Source: Prevotella sp.
Lineage (GTDB): Bacteria > Bacteroidota > Bacteroidia > Bacteroidales > Dysgonomonadaceae
Direction: 5' to 3'
Assembly (NCBI GenBank): GCA_031285625.1
Contig: JAITVV010000067.1
Location: 1 to 64,000, forward strand
Length of the DNA stretch: 64,000 bases
Shown piece after piece: positions 50,908 through 61,238 of the stretch. Both the position numbers and the translations under genes were made by a program. Below the pieces are notes generated by a model. It was given only the letters and a program-made list of their open reading frames with translations, had not been told where the DNA came from and searched no databases. Position 1 is the stretch's first letter, and the number at the start of each line of letters is the position of its first letter.

Positions 50908-51783
50908 TTAATATCTGCCGATACCCTCTTCTTTAGGGTATTTATAGAATCCTTCTCCCGAAAGATAGCCGAGTTTGCCCTTTTTCAGGAAATTCTCTTT
51001 TATGTATTGCGCAAATAATCTATCTTTCAGTTCTCCATTAACAGCGATATTATATATTGTATTGAGTCCCACAATATCATACATTTCGAATGGTCCGACA
51101 GGTGATCCGGTGGCAATACGCCATGTTTTATCTATAGTTTCCACATCACTGACTCCTTTCAGATAAAGTTCAGACGCCGCGCCCATAAAAGGCATCAGCA
51201 GTGAATTCAGTATATATCCACGTTGTTCTTTTTTTACTATAATGGGTACCATACCTATTGCCTCGGCAAATTCTACCACAGTATCGAAAGATTCAACATC
51301 CGTCTTGGTGGATTTCATTATCTCGGCAATATTACAATGGAACAGTAGATTGGAGAAATGTAATGATAAGAATTTATGCGGGCGTCCTGTATACTCCATC
51401 AGATGACTTGGCAGCATGGTAGACGAATTTGTCGTGAAAATTGTTTTTTCAGGAGCAACCCTGCCCAGCTCGGTATATAGTTGCTGCTTTGTTGCCGGAT
51501 CTTCGGGTACTGCTTCGATAGTTAGGTCAGCATTCCTTACAGCTTCCGAAAGATTGAAGGAATAAGATATATTATTGAAAGCATTTTCTATATCCTCTTC
51601 AGCTGCATTTGCTTCCCTCAGATATATTGTTTTCAGTAAATCCAGATGCTCGATAACTTTACTGTACATATCTGCACTTATATCGTATATAATTACGTTG
51701 AAACCTTTATAGGCTATCTGAAAAGCGATTTGGGAACCCATATTACCACCGCCTAATACGGTTACATTGGAGATTTTTTCCAT
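50908..51783 (-). CDS. 3-hydroxyacyl-CoA dehydrogenase family protein
   Basis: GGGNMG Rossmann motif, IEAVPE, TNSS, LHF, GYILN, GPFEMYDIVGL, GEGFYKY. Confidence 0.9.
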   Translation of the reverse strand: MEKISNVTVLGGGNMGSQIAFQIAYKGFNVIIYDISADMYSKVIEHLDLLKTIYLREANAAEEDIENAFNNISYSFNLSEAVRNADLTIEAVPEDPATKQQLYTELGRVAPEKTIFTTNSSTMLPSHLMEYTGRPHKFLSLHFSNLLFHCNIAEIMKSTKTDVESFDTVVEFAEAIGMVPIIVKKEQRGYILNSLLMPFMGAASELYLKGVSDVETIDKTWRIATGSPVGPFEMYDIVGLNTIYNIAVNGELKDRLFAQYIKENFLKKGKLGYLSGEGFYKYPKEEGIGRY

Positions 51784-51792
51784 GGTGTATGT

Positions 51793-53400
51793 TTATTTAT
51801 TTAGTTTGTATAAGTGATGTATTTCTATACTTTTTTCGTCTATTGTATTTATAATGGTATCGGAAAGTATCAGTGTATAATTTTCTTTAAAAGCGGGAAG
51901 ACTCAGAAAATAATCCTGATTACCTATTTTACGCCTTTTCTGTACTTTGGTACTTCCGTCAAAATTGAGTAAGGATTGAGGAATAAGAACAAACTTAACT
52001 TCCTTATTCTCTATATATTTTGTCTGTTCATCACGCATTTCCGGATATGACTCATAAGTAAGATTAGGAGAAACAAAATAGCGCACATTGGGTACAATAC
52101 GGCATGTGGTAAATAAACTGTTTCCGAGTCCAAAACCGATATTGAGTAATGTAGGGTTCTCTTCTTTCATAATTTCATCATGCAATTTCTGAGTGAGTAA
52201 ACCTGGCTCCAGTTCAACTGCAGTACTAGCAATTCTATTATTCCCCAAATCACTTTGACTATAACCCAGATATACAATTGCAGTAGTTAATATTATGAGA
52301 TAGACAGGCGAAACCTGACCTTCCACTTTCACACATTTGGATATATATACGAATAGACTGAGAAGCCCTAAGCCGCTAAAAACAAGAAAAACAACAGGGT
52401 AATACATCTGAAAAACCGGGAACATGAATATAATAATATATAAGGATACCCCAGATAGCAACAATGCCCATTTACCCAAAGTATGTCCAATATGTTTTAG
52501 AGGGAACCAGAAAACTCCAATCAACGTCATAAAAAACAATGAGAATGGATCGAGAAACAGATATACGACACGGAGAAGTATCAGTTGAATAGTACTTGTG
52601 ATGGATTGCAATTCGGCATATTTGCGATTTAGTTCTATATAGACGGAATATCCTTCCTGAAGAGCATCATTTACATACAAGTATATAAGGATAGGTACTG
52701 CAATAACTAAAATTCCGCCAATATATGTAAGCGCATTTATTGCAAAATTCTTAAATTCCTTCTTTAGCAATAGATTCAAAAATATTGCAGCTAAAGGGAA
52801 AAACCAGAAAACGATTAAATTCAGTTTTATAAAAAGTACCATGGAACAAAAAAGACCATGTATAAACATTACAGATGGTTTATGGTAAGACGCATCCTTT
52901 TCTTTAAAATACCTGACAAAGTAAAAGAGGCTGATGCACTCGAAAACAAGGATAAATTCCTCTGCCGAACCTCCCGCTTTCATCATCTTAATAATAAAGA
53001 CAGGAAATATAACAGCGACTATATATGCAAATACCCTATCGAGATATAGTTTAGACAGCTTGTATATAAAGTAAACCATGACAAACCAGGCAGTCCATTG
53101 AATAAGGAACATTCCAAAGAATGAATTATTCGATATAAGATAACCAAAACCGTATATAAAAAAGATAAGTGGTCCTTTGTGATCAAATACCTCTGTATAA
53201 AGGGCTTTCCCATTAAAAATGCCCTTTGCTACATTAAAATAAATATTCACATCGGCCCACTCATTTGAATAGTATAATGGGGACATATGCGAACATATAA
53301 CTAATAGAAAAAAAAGATAAAAACCCAAGAGAGCAAGTATCTTCTTTTCGCTCAGCGTATTAAAAAATTCTTTATTCAACATATAAGTTTTTCTGATCAA
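51793..53400 (-). CDS. Polytopic membrane protein, GT-C fold glycosyltransferase-like (ArnT/RgtA/PMT-like)
   Basis: Many TM helices; first-loop motif D..IY..VAKGIFNGKALYTEVFDHKGPLIFFIY; later EE and K motifs. Confidence 0.65.
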   Translation of the reverse strand: MIRKTYMLNKEFFNTLSEKKILALLGFYLFFLLVICSHMSPLYYSNEWADVNIYFNVAKGIFNGKALYTEVFDHKGPLIFFIYGFGYLISNNSFFGMFLIQWTAWFVMVYFIYKLSKLYLDRVFAYIVAVIFPVFIIKMMKAGGSAEEFILVFECISLFYFVRYFKEKDASYHKPSVMFIHGLFCSMVLFIKLNLIVFWFFPLAAIFLNLLLKKEFKNFAINALTYIGGILVIAVPILIYLYVNDALQEGYSVYIELNRKYAELQSITSTIQLILLRVVYLFLDPFSLFFMTLIGVFWFPLKHIGHTLGKWALLLSGVSLYIIIFMFPVFQMYYPVVFLVFSGLGLLSLFVYISKCVKVEGQVSPVYLIILTTAIVYLGYSQSDLGNNRIASTAVELEPGLLTQKLHDEIMKEENPTLLNIGFGLGNSLFTTCRIVPNVRYFVSPNLTYESYPEMRDEQTKYIENKEVKFVLIPQSLLNFDGSTKVQKRRKIGNQDYFLSLPAFKENYTLILSDTIINTIDEKSIEIHHLYKLNK

Positions 53401-53409
53401 ATTGTTTTC

Positions 53410-54594
53410 TTAAAGAGCAATCCCTTCCAGCAATTCGGCTGCTTTTCTATTACCTCCTGCTTCGATGAAAGATTGCTGTATTTCTCCGGCCGCCTTTTTA
53501 TATGCGGGATTATATAATAATTCATCTACGGCATGCTCAATATCCTTCACGCGCATACGACTATATTTGATACGAATACCACATCCATAGTTTTGAATTA
53601 ATTGTGCTGTATGTGACTGGTCGAATGCCATTGGAATTATCAGCATGGGTATACCATTCATAAAGGTGTCACAAGTTGTATTTAATCCTCCATGTCCGAT
53701 TACAACATCAATATGTTTTAATAGCTCGGATTGAGGTACATAACCTTGTACAATAAAGTTATCCGGCCATTCTTCCAAGATATTAGGGTCAGCGGCAGCA
53801 ACGACTGTTACAGGTTTATCTTTCAAAGCCTCGATCATACGGCTGAAAAATTCTTTCCGACTGTGAACCAACACTGTACCTATTGATATATATATTTTAG
53901 GTCGATCACCCATTGATTTGAGCCTTTCCCAGTCAAAAGGCGTATTATCGGGCCTTCCTGTCAAAGCCCCTATGAATTTCATATATGGAGGAACAGAAGC
54001 ATCATCGAAACCGCAAAACAATTGAGAAGTATAATACATATTCAATTGTTTAGACAATACAAATTCCTCATCCCCCTCAATACCAGCCAATCGTTGCAAC
54101 TCTATAATAGATTTATGTACCCATTCTGTAACTTTAGGTGCACTTTGCGGATCATTTAGTGCATTAGGCGTAATTGGCGTTATGGTTGCAAAAGGAATAT
54201 TTTTTAACCGAGCCGCTAATCCTCCGACAAAAGTGATGCAGTCATTTACTATTACATCAGGTTTATACCTATCCACAATCTCATTAAACTCATCTATCAT
54301 CATTTTGGCAAAAGGAATATAAGTATCCTCCAAGCCTAACTTGAGAGCTTCCAGAGCCGGCATATTTGCACCTTTATTCTGTAATAAGATTATACGTTCT
54401 ATCTCTTCCTTATTTTTACTTTCAGTCTCCTCCATATAAAAATACTTTGCCCCATCCGGAAATAATTCCATATTGAGCTGAGTCATACCTGCCCAGGCAA
54501 CATCATGACCTCTTTCTAAAAGAGTGCGGCCTACGCTTAAGGTTGGATTTATATGCCCCCAGAATGGAGGAACTACAAATAAAAATTTTGCCAT
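53410..54594 (-). CDS. GT1 glycosyltransferase (MGT/UGT-like)
   Basis: GHINP; SIGT; VPQSELL..HGGLNTTCD..P.AFDQ nucleotide-sugar signature. Confidence 0.9.
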   Translation of the reverse strand: MAKFLFVVPPFWGHINPTLSVGRTLLERGHDVAWAGMTQLNMELFPDGAKYFYMEETESKNKEEIERIILLQNKGANMPALEALKLGLEDTYIPFAKMMIDEFNEIVDRYKPDVIVNDCITFVGGLAARLKNIPFATITPITPNALNDPQSAPKVTEWVHKSIIELQRLAGIEGDEEFVLSKQLNMYYTSQLFCGFDDASVPPYMKFIGALTGRPDNTPFDWERLKSMGDRPKIYISIGTVLVHSRKEFFSRMIEALKDKPVTVVAAADPNILEEWPDNFIVQGYVPQSELLKHIDVVIGHGGLNTTCDTFMNGIPMLIIPMAFDQSHTAQLIQNYGCGIRIKYSRMRVKDIEHAVDELLYNPAYKKAAGEIQQSFIEAGGNRKAAELLEGIAL

Positions 54595-54623
54595 CGGATT
54601 ATCTTTTAAGGTTATAAACCTAC

Positions 54624-55811
54624 TTATTTTACTAGTATGTTTTCCAATAATTCTACAGCTTTGGCAACACCTCCAGCCTCCTCAAAAGATTTCTGTACGG
54701 TTTTTGCGTTTTCTGTATATTTACTGTCATTAAGGACTTCGTTTACAGCATCCTGTAAATGTTGAGCCTTAAATCTGTTAAAGTTTAATCTTATGCCTGA
54801 ACCACTACTAACAACTGTGCCTGCAACATATGACTGGTCGTAAGCAATAGGTAAAACGACCAATGGTTTAGCAAATGATAATGTTTCACAGACTGTATTA
54901 TGTCCTCCATGACATACAACTGCATCCATATGAGGGATAAGTTTAAGTTGAGGAATACGTTTACAAACGATAAAATTATCTGGTATGTACTCAAATAATT
55001 CAGGATCGGAAACAATTACTACACCTATCTTTTCATTCTCAAAGGCCTCTGTCACTTTTTTAAGGAATTGTTGCTTTACACTATGGTCAAAGGTTGTACC
55101 TATAGTAACAAGTATTCTGGAGCGATCATTCATTGATTGAAATGTTTTCCAATCAAAATCATCTGGAAAGTCTCCCCTGTTAATTACCGGCCCTATAAAT
55201 TTATAATGATCCGGTAATTCAGCCTCTCCAAATAGTTTTTTAGATGTATATACAATCGTAAGCAATGAAGAACAGTCTAAACGCTTATCATCATCAACAC
55301 CTACACTCTTTTGAAATTTTATAATCTGCTCTCCTTCCCATACATGAACCATAGGTAAAGTATCATTTACCTTGATAGCCGCAGGGGCTGTAACCGATGT
55401 CACATAAGGGATTCCTTTCTGTATTGCAGCTACCGGTGCTGCAAAGATCTGATGATCGTTAATAATAATATCCGGTTTGTACGAATCTATAAGTTTCTTT
55501 ATACCATCCAGCATTCCGGCATTCATCGGGACCAGTACCTCGTCATACAAAAATTTTAAACTATCGAGACCGTAAACAGTTTTTTTACCAAGTTCCAGCA
55601 TTTCTGTCTTTATCCTCTCCTTATCTTCCTCGCTTATATCAGCTTCCAATAAGAGAAAAGTGCCTCCATCAGGTATTCTTTTCTCTAATTGGGGATCAAA
55701 ACTAATCCATGCAACTTCATGCCCTTTATTAAGCAATTCGGTTCCGAGGCCTAAGGTAGGATTAACATGCCCTGTAAGAGGTGGAACTATAAATAAAAAT
55801 CTGCTTTTCAT
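54624..55811 (-). CDS. GT1 glycosyltransferase (MGT/UGT-like), paralogue
   Basis: GHVNP; TIGT; IPQL..HGGHNTVCE..PIAYDQ. Confidence 0.9.
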   Translation of the reverse strand: MKSRFLFIVPPLTGHVNPTLGLGTELLNKGHEVAWISFDPQLEKRIPDGGTFLLLEADISEEDKERIKTEMLELGKKTVYGLDSLKFLYDEVLVPMNAGMLDGIKKLIDSYKPDIIINDHQIFAAPVAAIQKGIPYVTSVTAPAAIKVNDTLPMVHVWEGEQIIKFQKSVGVDDDKRLDCSSLLTIVYTSKKLFGEAELPDHYKFIGPVINRGDFPDDFDWKTFQSMNDRSRILVTIGTTFDHSVKQQFLKKVTEAFENEKIGVVIVSDPELFEYIPDNFIVCKRIPQLKLIPHMDAVVCHGGHNTVCETLSFAKPLVVLPIAYDQSYVAGTVVSSGSGIRLNFNRFKAQHLQDAVNEVLNDSKYTENAKTVQKSFEEAGGVAKAVELLENILVK

Positions 55812-56569
55812 CTCATAAATTCTAAAAGTTTGTCACTAACCCATTGTGGTTTCTGAACAGGTAGATTGTGATCACCTTGTCCTTTCAACAGATACGAATC
55901 CGGAATAATATTTTTCAGGAAATCTCCTGCAAACGAGCAATCTGACTCAGAGCCATATAATAACAGAGTAGGCACTTTGATAGGATTGTTGGACATAATG
56001 TCAAACAAATCGTTGTCCATATCAAAATCCTCCTTTATGGAGGTATGATTGAACAAGTACTCATAAAGTTTCTTATTCTTTTCTATTTGTCTTTTACTCG
56101 GCTGCAAAGATGTTGATTCGGCATAGTTATTCAGATATTGATCAAGAAATTCATTACCGTACTTTTGAAGTATCTCCGGAGCATCTCCTTCATCCGGCTT
56201 AGGAGACTCTATTACAGTAAGTTTCTCTATTCTTTTAGGATGAAGCATTGCAGTTTTCAGAGCAATGAGCCCACCATAACTATACCCTACTAAATGTACC
56301 TTCGTCAGATCCAGTTCATTCAGCAGAGCAACCAAGTCTTCTGACATAGCCTCAAGATTATAGCCATTATCAATTCGTTCACTCATGCCATGACTTTGCA
56401 GATCATACAAAACAACATGAAAATATTTGGCCAGTTCCGGAGCTATATTAAAGTAGAATACAGACATATTGGTAAACATACCATGAATCATCACAATAGT
56501 CTGTGATGCTTCACGGTTCATTTCCAATACATGTATTTTCTTATTGTTTACCTGAATGATCGCCATCAA
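55808..56569 (-). CDS. Alpha/beta hydrolase (candidate thioesterase or acyltransferase)
   Basis: HG oxyanion motif, GYSYGG nucleophile elbow, C-terminal GDH. Confidence 0.85.
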   Translation of the reverse strand: MMAIIQVNNKKIHVLEMNREASQTIVMIHGMFTNMSVFYFNIAPELAKYFHVVLYDLQSHGMSERIDNGYNLEAMSEDLVALLNELDLTKVHLVGYSYGGLIALKTAMLHPKRIEKLTVIESPKPDEGDAPEILQKYGNEFLDQYLNNYAESTSLQPSKRQIEKNKKLYEYLFNHTSIKEDFDMDNDLFDIMSNNPIKVPTLLLYGSESDCSFAGDFLKNIIPDSYLLKGQGDHNLPVQKPQWVSDKLLEFMR

Positions 56570-56849
56570 CTATAAAGTTTACGATATCACCAATATTTAA
56601 TTTTACAATTTGGTCGAGATCCATGGCAGACAGCCATTTTGCGAAATCTATACCATCTCCATACTTTACTCTTACCTTTTCAGCAAAAGCGACCAGCTCA
56701 ATACTGTCCATTTCCAGATCTTTTGTAAAGTTGCTGTCTTGTGTTATATCAAGCTCTTCAGCTATATCTGCACCAATTATATCTGAAATAAATTGTTTTA
56801 ATACTTCAAATACCTGGTCTTTTTCGCCCTTTACCATTACTGTGTCCAT
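56541..56849 (-). CDS. Stand-alone acyl carrier protein
   Basis: Small acidic protein with DLEMDSIELV phosphopantetheine site; alternative ATG at 56837 overlaps the PKS stop codon (TAATG). Confidence 0.9.
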   Translation of the reverse strand: MDTVMVKGEKDQVFEVLKQFISDIIGADIAEELDITQDSNFTKDLEMDSIELVAFAEKVRVKYGDGIDFAKWLSAMDLDQIVKLNIGDIVNFIVDGDHSGKQ

Positions 56850-59800
56850 CCTATTATAAAGTTTTTATGTTTTAGTGTTTTCACTTCACAATCTTCTATG
56901 ATCAAAGTCTCTCCTTCGATTCTCTTCACTTCATATCGCTTAGGGTTTCCTTGAAGTCCAAATCCTAACATTTTACCATATGATTCTTTAGCCACCCAAA
57001 AACGAGTACTCCATTCGGCAATATCTTTGTCCTTAAGCAAATCTAGTTCGTGAGGAGTAAATGATATATCCAGAAAGTCTTTAGTACGTTCCTCTATTGT
57101 TTCAATATCAATACCTACTGGCTTGTCTGAAACTATACTTACGCTGGTAGATCCTTTATGTGCCAATGAAATTTCCATACCCTCTATTTCATCTATACCG
57201 TATACGTAAGGTTTACCATTGTCATCATATTTAATGAAATATTCGATAGGATATGTCACTTTATCTTTCTTATCCTGGACGTATGATCTTAAGCTATCTT
57301 TCAAAGCTATTCTACTGGCAAGGTAGTCTTTACGCTTATTGAGCGGGATGGTAGCATATCTTTTCTTTTCAGGCTGATTCAGATATCTTTTTCTTAAGAA
57401 TTCCAAGACAGCAGTCTTCTTATATTCACCCTCAAAGAAGAATACCCCGGGCACAATTTGTTCTGCCATCAGATTTCTTCCCGGATTCAGGGTAATTGTC
57501 CATAATCTTTGATCAAATTCGAAACGCCTGTTCTGCCATCCTTTGGCAACACTCCATAGTTTTCCGTCCCGTTTCAAAATCATTTCACATGTTGTAAAGT
57601 CTTTATCTATAGTTTTGCTCAGACAGATACATTCAAACAGCCCTTCCTGATCATGCATATCCTGATAAAATGTAATATCCTGAACCTTTACAGGGAAAGT
57701 TACATTATTTATTTTCAAAATCAAATGTAAATAAAGCCCATATGTCTGTCCCATATTATCTAATAAAGAACCTTTACCTTCCTGTTTCCGTATATAGGCT
57801 CTTATACCTTTTTCGGTTACATGCGTAACTTTTTCTATACCTTGATATTCAACTCCGTGAAACATATAATTTTCATATATATCCTCGGGAGTAGGTAAAT
57901 AGCTTATATTTTCACCCAAATCAATATAATTTTCGTAATATGGATCCGGAGTAGGCAGAGTATCTTTTAGAACAACCTCACCCGAGGCAAAATTCTTAAT
58001 ACCCAGAGAAATGAGTTCTTCAGATTTCCATACACCATTTATTTTCTGGATGAACGGGGTATGGACTTCCATCCATTGAAATACACTTATAGGGCCTATA
58101 CTTACTATTTTTTTAGATAAATCCTGCTTATGTGCAGCTTCTGCCAATAGCTCGAAAGTCATAGTCATAGGAATTACCGGATTTAAATCCTCCGGACAAT
58201 CCCAGTACGATGGTTGTTTCACTAATGAGTGTCCCATCAGTGTAGGGTATGTCTCTAATGAAACATATAGATCTTCAACAAAAGATGTCCCTGTTTTAGC
58301 CTGAGTTTTTACAACTACAGGTTCTACTTTCTCAATTACAGGCTGTATTGTATTTATCACCTGAGGCTGAGGCTGAGGTTGTGGTGCAGTTACAGGTAAT
58401 GATTTTACCACAGGTACATTTCCATTCGATTCTCCCCTTTCTTTAAATAATCTGGCCAGCTCCATTTGCATCTGGGCCATTTCTTTCATGTTTTCATTCA
58501 AGGCAGCCATTACCGGATGCGATGTATCTACTGCCAATGAACCGAAATCAACATTAGAAGTAGCTTTCGCACGTTCTTTTACATGTTGGCTTAGAATAGG
58601 GAATTCTGTCTGAACATCCATAAACATCTGCAACCTCATCCCTTTGCCGGATTTCTTTTTATTCGCCTTTTCTACATTAAGAAAAGACATGTCCACATCG
58701 CGGCCTTCGATATAAAGCAGAGCCATTACACGCCTTAATTGTTCCAATGTAGTTCTTTGACTACTAGTTTCAGATATAGCACTGTATGGCTTATTAGTAA
58801 ATATATCGTCTACAAATCCGACAAGACTTCCCCCTCCTACTTGAATAAATACACGTGCGTTCTCTTCCTCATAAAGCTTTTCAACTAACTCCCGGAATCT
58901 TACACCTTCAAGAAGATGCTTCACAGATAGGGCCTTAATATCCTGAGCTTCGGTTGGATAAGGCTCCAATGTATTGGTAGACCACATAGTTACTTCAGGG
59001 TCATTAAACTCAAGATGCTGAAATGAGTCTTCCAAAAGATCAAGCCTGTGTTTTATGAAAGGAGTATGGAATCCCGATTGATACGGTAAAACCTGAAAGA
59101 AAATCTGCTCCTGTTTAAGCCCTTCTGACAACTTCTTTACAGCATCTTCCGTACCACAAAGTAATACCTGATTTGGACAGTTATCATTAGATAAGTAAAG
59201 ATCGGGAATTGTATCCAGATACTTTTTCACTCTTTCTCTACCTATACTTACAGCGATGAAGAAAACCCCATCAATCTTGTACTGGCTTGCATCCAGACAA
59301 TTGATAAGTTTTCTGATCGACTTAGCGGATACCATACCTGATGCTTCCACCCCGAACCATTCTCCGAGGCTGTGTCCGGCATTCATATCTGATTTTAAGT
59401 TCAGCGCCTTCAGCGACATATCCATCGCCCTATTTATCCGATATAGCCTTAGTACATTATCTACCATTTCACTCTCACTCGATCTGTATTCCTCTTCAGG
59501 CAGATTAAGTTTGAAATGATTGAGCAAGCTATCTATTTCAGGATTTACAGACGGATCATATCCTGGGTATAAAAAGGCTATTTTCCCTCCGTTTTTGATA
59601 AGTGGTTTGTTAGTATACCAAATATCTTGACGACCTTTCCATACCAAATCTTTCTCTATAAATTTTATTGCTTTTTCTATCCTGTCTGGTGTCGGATTAA
59701 AGACCACCAAGCGGTAATCTCCATCCTGATTTGCAGATGATGTTTCTCCATTACGAAGGCTTTTTATCAATGCCTCTTTAGTCGGTGCTGTTAAAGCAAC

Positions 59801-61231
59801 CACTTTATCCGGGAATGGGCTTCTATCTGCAGTCAGAGATTGCTTCTCTCCATATGCCTCTAATATGACATGTGCATTAATACCGCCAAAACCAAATGCA
59901 TTCACACCCGCAATAAGAGGATATTTGTTTTCATCCCATTCCTGCAACTGTTGTACAGGTTTGAAACGTGTTTTTTCCATTCCTTTAAGGGGGCGTTCAC
60001 AATGTAGTGTCGGCGGAATTTGTCTCGTATACAAAGCTAGAACTGCTTTTATCAAACCAAGAATACCAGCCGCAGGCATTGCATGACCAACATTGGATTT
60101 TACAGAACCTAACAGAACTTCTTTATCACACTCTTCTTTTGGAAAAACCTCTGACAAAGTTTGTAATTCTGTTCTGTCTCCTACAACTGTTGCGGTTCCA
60201 TGCGCTTCCAAGTAACCAATCTTAGCTTTGTCCATCCCAGAATCTGTCCAGGCTGTCTCTATAGCAAGTTTCTGACCTTTAACAGCAGGAGCCATAACAG
60301 CTACACCCGATCCGTCACTACTTACCCCTATACCTCTGATTACGGCGTAGATACGGTCATTATCTGCAACAGCTTTATCCAGAGTTTTCAGGACAACAAA
60401 ACCTCCCCCTTCACCAATCAATAGTCCATCTGCATCTTCACTGAATGGTGTTATACTTTGCTTATGAGATAAAGCACCCAGTTGTGCAAAAATACTCCAG
60501 AACGGAGTATTGTGACCGGCATGTACACCTCCTGCAACAGCAATATCACATCTCCCGCTTTCCAATTCTTTTACACAATGTTCCAAAGCGATCAAAGAAC
60601 TGGCACAGGCAGCATCAATTACATATGAAGGTCCCTGCATGTCCAGTTTGTTGGATATAAGGGAAGCAATCAAATTTGGTATAAGTCCAGGCATAGAGTC
60701 GGCCTGATAGCGGCCCCGGGATGCCTGATATTGTTCTTTAATTTTATCTATTTCTTCGTCAGATAGATCCGGTAATGCTTTCTTTACCACTTCGGCCATC
60801 TGATGACTTACATGAACTATATCCATAGCCCGCCATACAGCAGATCCCACATACGCCCCTTTACCAATTACCAAGGCACACTTTTTCAATGATATCTTCT
60901 TGTCAAATACCGATGCATCTTCCAATGCCTGATAAACACTTTTCAGTGTTAACATGTGGGACGTATCCATTCCTTGTACCGCAAGCGGCAGAATAGAAAA
61001 CTCCATAGGATCAAATAATATATCCGGAATAAAACCTCCCCGCTTACAATAGAAACGATCTACAGCCGGCTTTCTTGTTTCATCAAAATATCGGGGATCT
61101 AACCTATCGGCCGGGGCATCCTTAATACAGTCTACCCCATTGATAAGATTATTCCAATATTCAATGTAATTACTTGCTTCAGGAGCGAAGCAAGACATTC
61201 CTACAATTGCTATATCTTTTTTATTTTCCAC
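56837..61231 (-). CDS. Type I PKS/FAS: KS-AT-DH-PPTase
   Basis: KS triad DAACASS / EAHGTAT / KSNVGH; AT GHSLGE and GFH; DH GH..PVIP, MFHG, LLDNMGQ; PPTase ISLAH, VGIDIE, WVAKES; GTG start. Confidence 0.9.
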   Translation of the reverse strand: MENKKDIAIVGMSCFAPEASNYIEYWNNLINGVDCIKDAPADRLDPRYFDETRKPAVDRFYCKRGGFIPDILFDPMEFSILPLAVQGMDTSHMLTLKSVYQALEDASVFDKKISLKKCALVIGKGAYVGSAVWRAMDIVHVSHQMAEVVKKALPDLSDEEIDKIKEQYQASRGRYQADSMPGLIPNLIASLISNKLDMQGPSYVIDAACASSLIALEHCVKELESGRCDIAVAGGVHAGHNTPFWSIFAQLGALSHKQSITPFSEDADGLLIGEGGGFVVLKTLDKAVADNDRIYAVIRGIGVSSDGSGVAVMAPAVKGQKLAIETAWTDSGMDKAKIGYLEAHGTATVVGDRTELQTLSEVFPKEECDKEVLLGSVKSNVGHAMPAAGILGLIKAVLALYTRQIPPTLHCERPLKGMEKTRFKPVQQLQEWDENKYPLIAGVNAFGFGGINAHVILEAYGEKQSLTADRSPFPDKVVALTAPTKEALIKSLRNGETSSANQDGDYRLVVFNPTPDRIEKAIKFIEKDLVWKGRQDIWYTNKPLIKNGGKIAFLYPGYDPSVNPEIDSLLNHFKLNLPEEEYRSSESEMVDNVLRLYRINRAMDMSLKALNLKSDMNAGHSLGEWFGVEASGMVSAKSIRKLINCLDASQYKIDGVFFIAVSIGRERVKKYLDTIPDLYLSNDNCPNQVLLCGTEDAVKKLSEGLKQEQIFFQVLPYQSGFHTPFIKHRLDLLEDSFQHLEFNDPEVTMWSTNTLEPYPTEAQDIKALSVKHLLEGVRFRELVEKLYEEENARVFIQVGGGSLVGFVDDIFTNKPYSAISETSSQRTTLEQLRRVMALLYIEGRDVDMSFLNVEKANKKKSGKGMRLQMFMDVQTEFPILSQHVKERAKATSNVDFGSLAVDTSHPVMAALNENMKEMAQMQMELARLFKERGESNGNVPVVKSLPVTAPQPQPQPQVINTIQPVIEKVEPVVVKTQAKTGTSFVEDLYVSLETYPTLMGHSLVKQPSYWDCPEDLNPVIPMTMTFELLAEAAHKQDLSKKIVSIGPISVFQWMEVHTPFIQKINGVWKSEELISLGIKNFASGEVVLKDTLPTPDPYYENYIDLGENISYLPTPEDIYENYMFHGVEYQGIEKVTHVTEKGIRAYIRKQEGKGSLLDNMGQTYGLYLHLILKINNVTFPVKVQDITFYQDMHDQEGLFECICLSKTIDKDFTTCEMILKRDGKLWSVAKGWQNRRFEFDQRLWTITLNPGRNLMAEQIVPGVFFFEGEYKKTAVLEFLRKRYLNQPEKKRYATIPLNKRKDYLASRIALKDSLRSYVQDKKDKVTYPIEYFIKYDDNGKPYVYGIDEIEGMEISLAHKGSTSVSIVSDKPVGIDIETIEERTKDFLDISFTPHELDLLKDKDIAEWSTRFWVAKESYGKMLGFGLQGNPKRYEVKRIEGETLIIEDCEVKTLKHKNFIIGWTQ

Positions 61232-61238
61232 TTTCGAA

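Noticed and set aside
58358-58386. CTGAGG microrepeat in the PKS gene
   Set aside because: In-frame PQPQPQPQ interdomain linker; unit changes would not shift frame, so not a phase-variation switch
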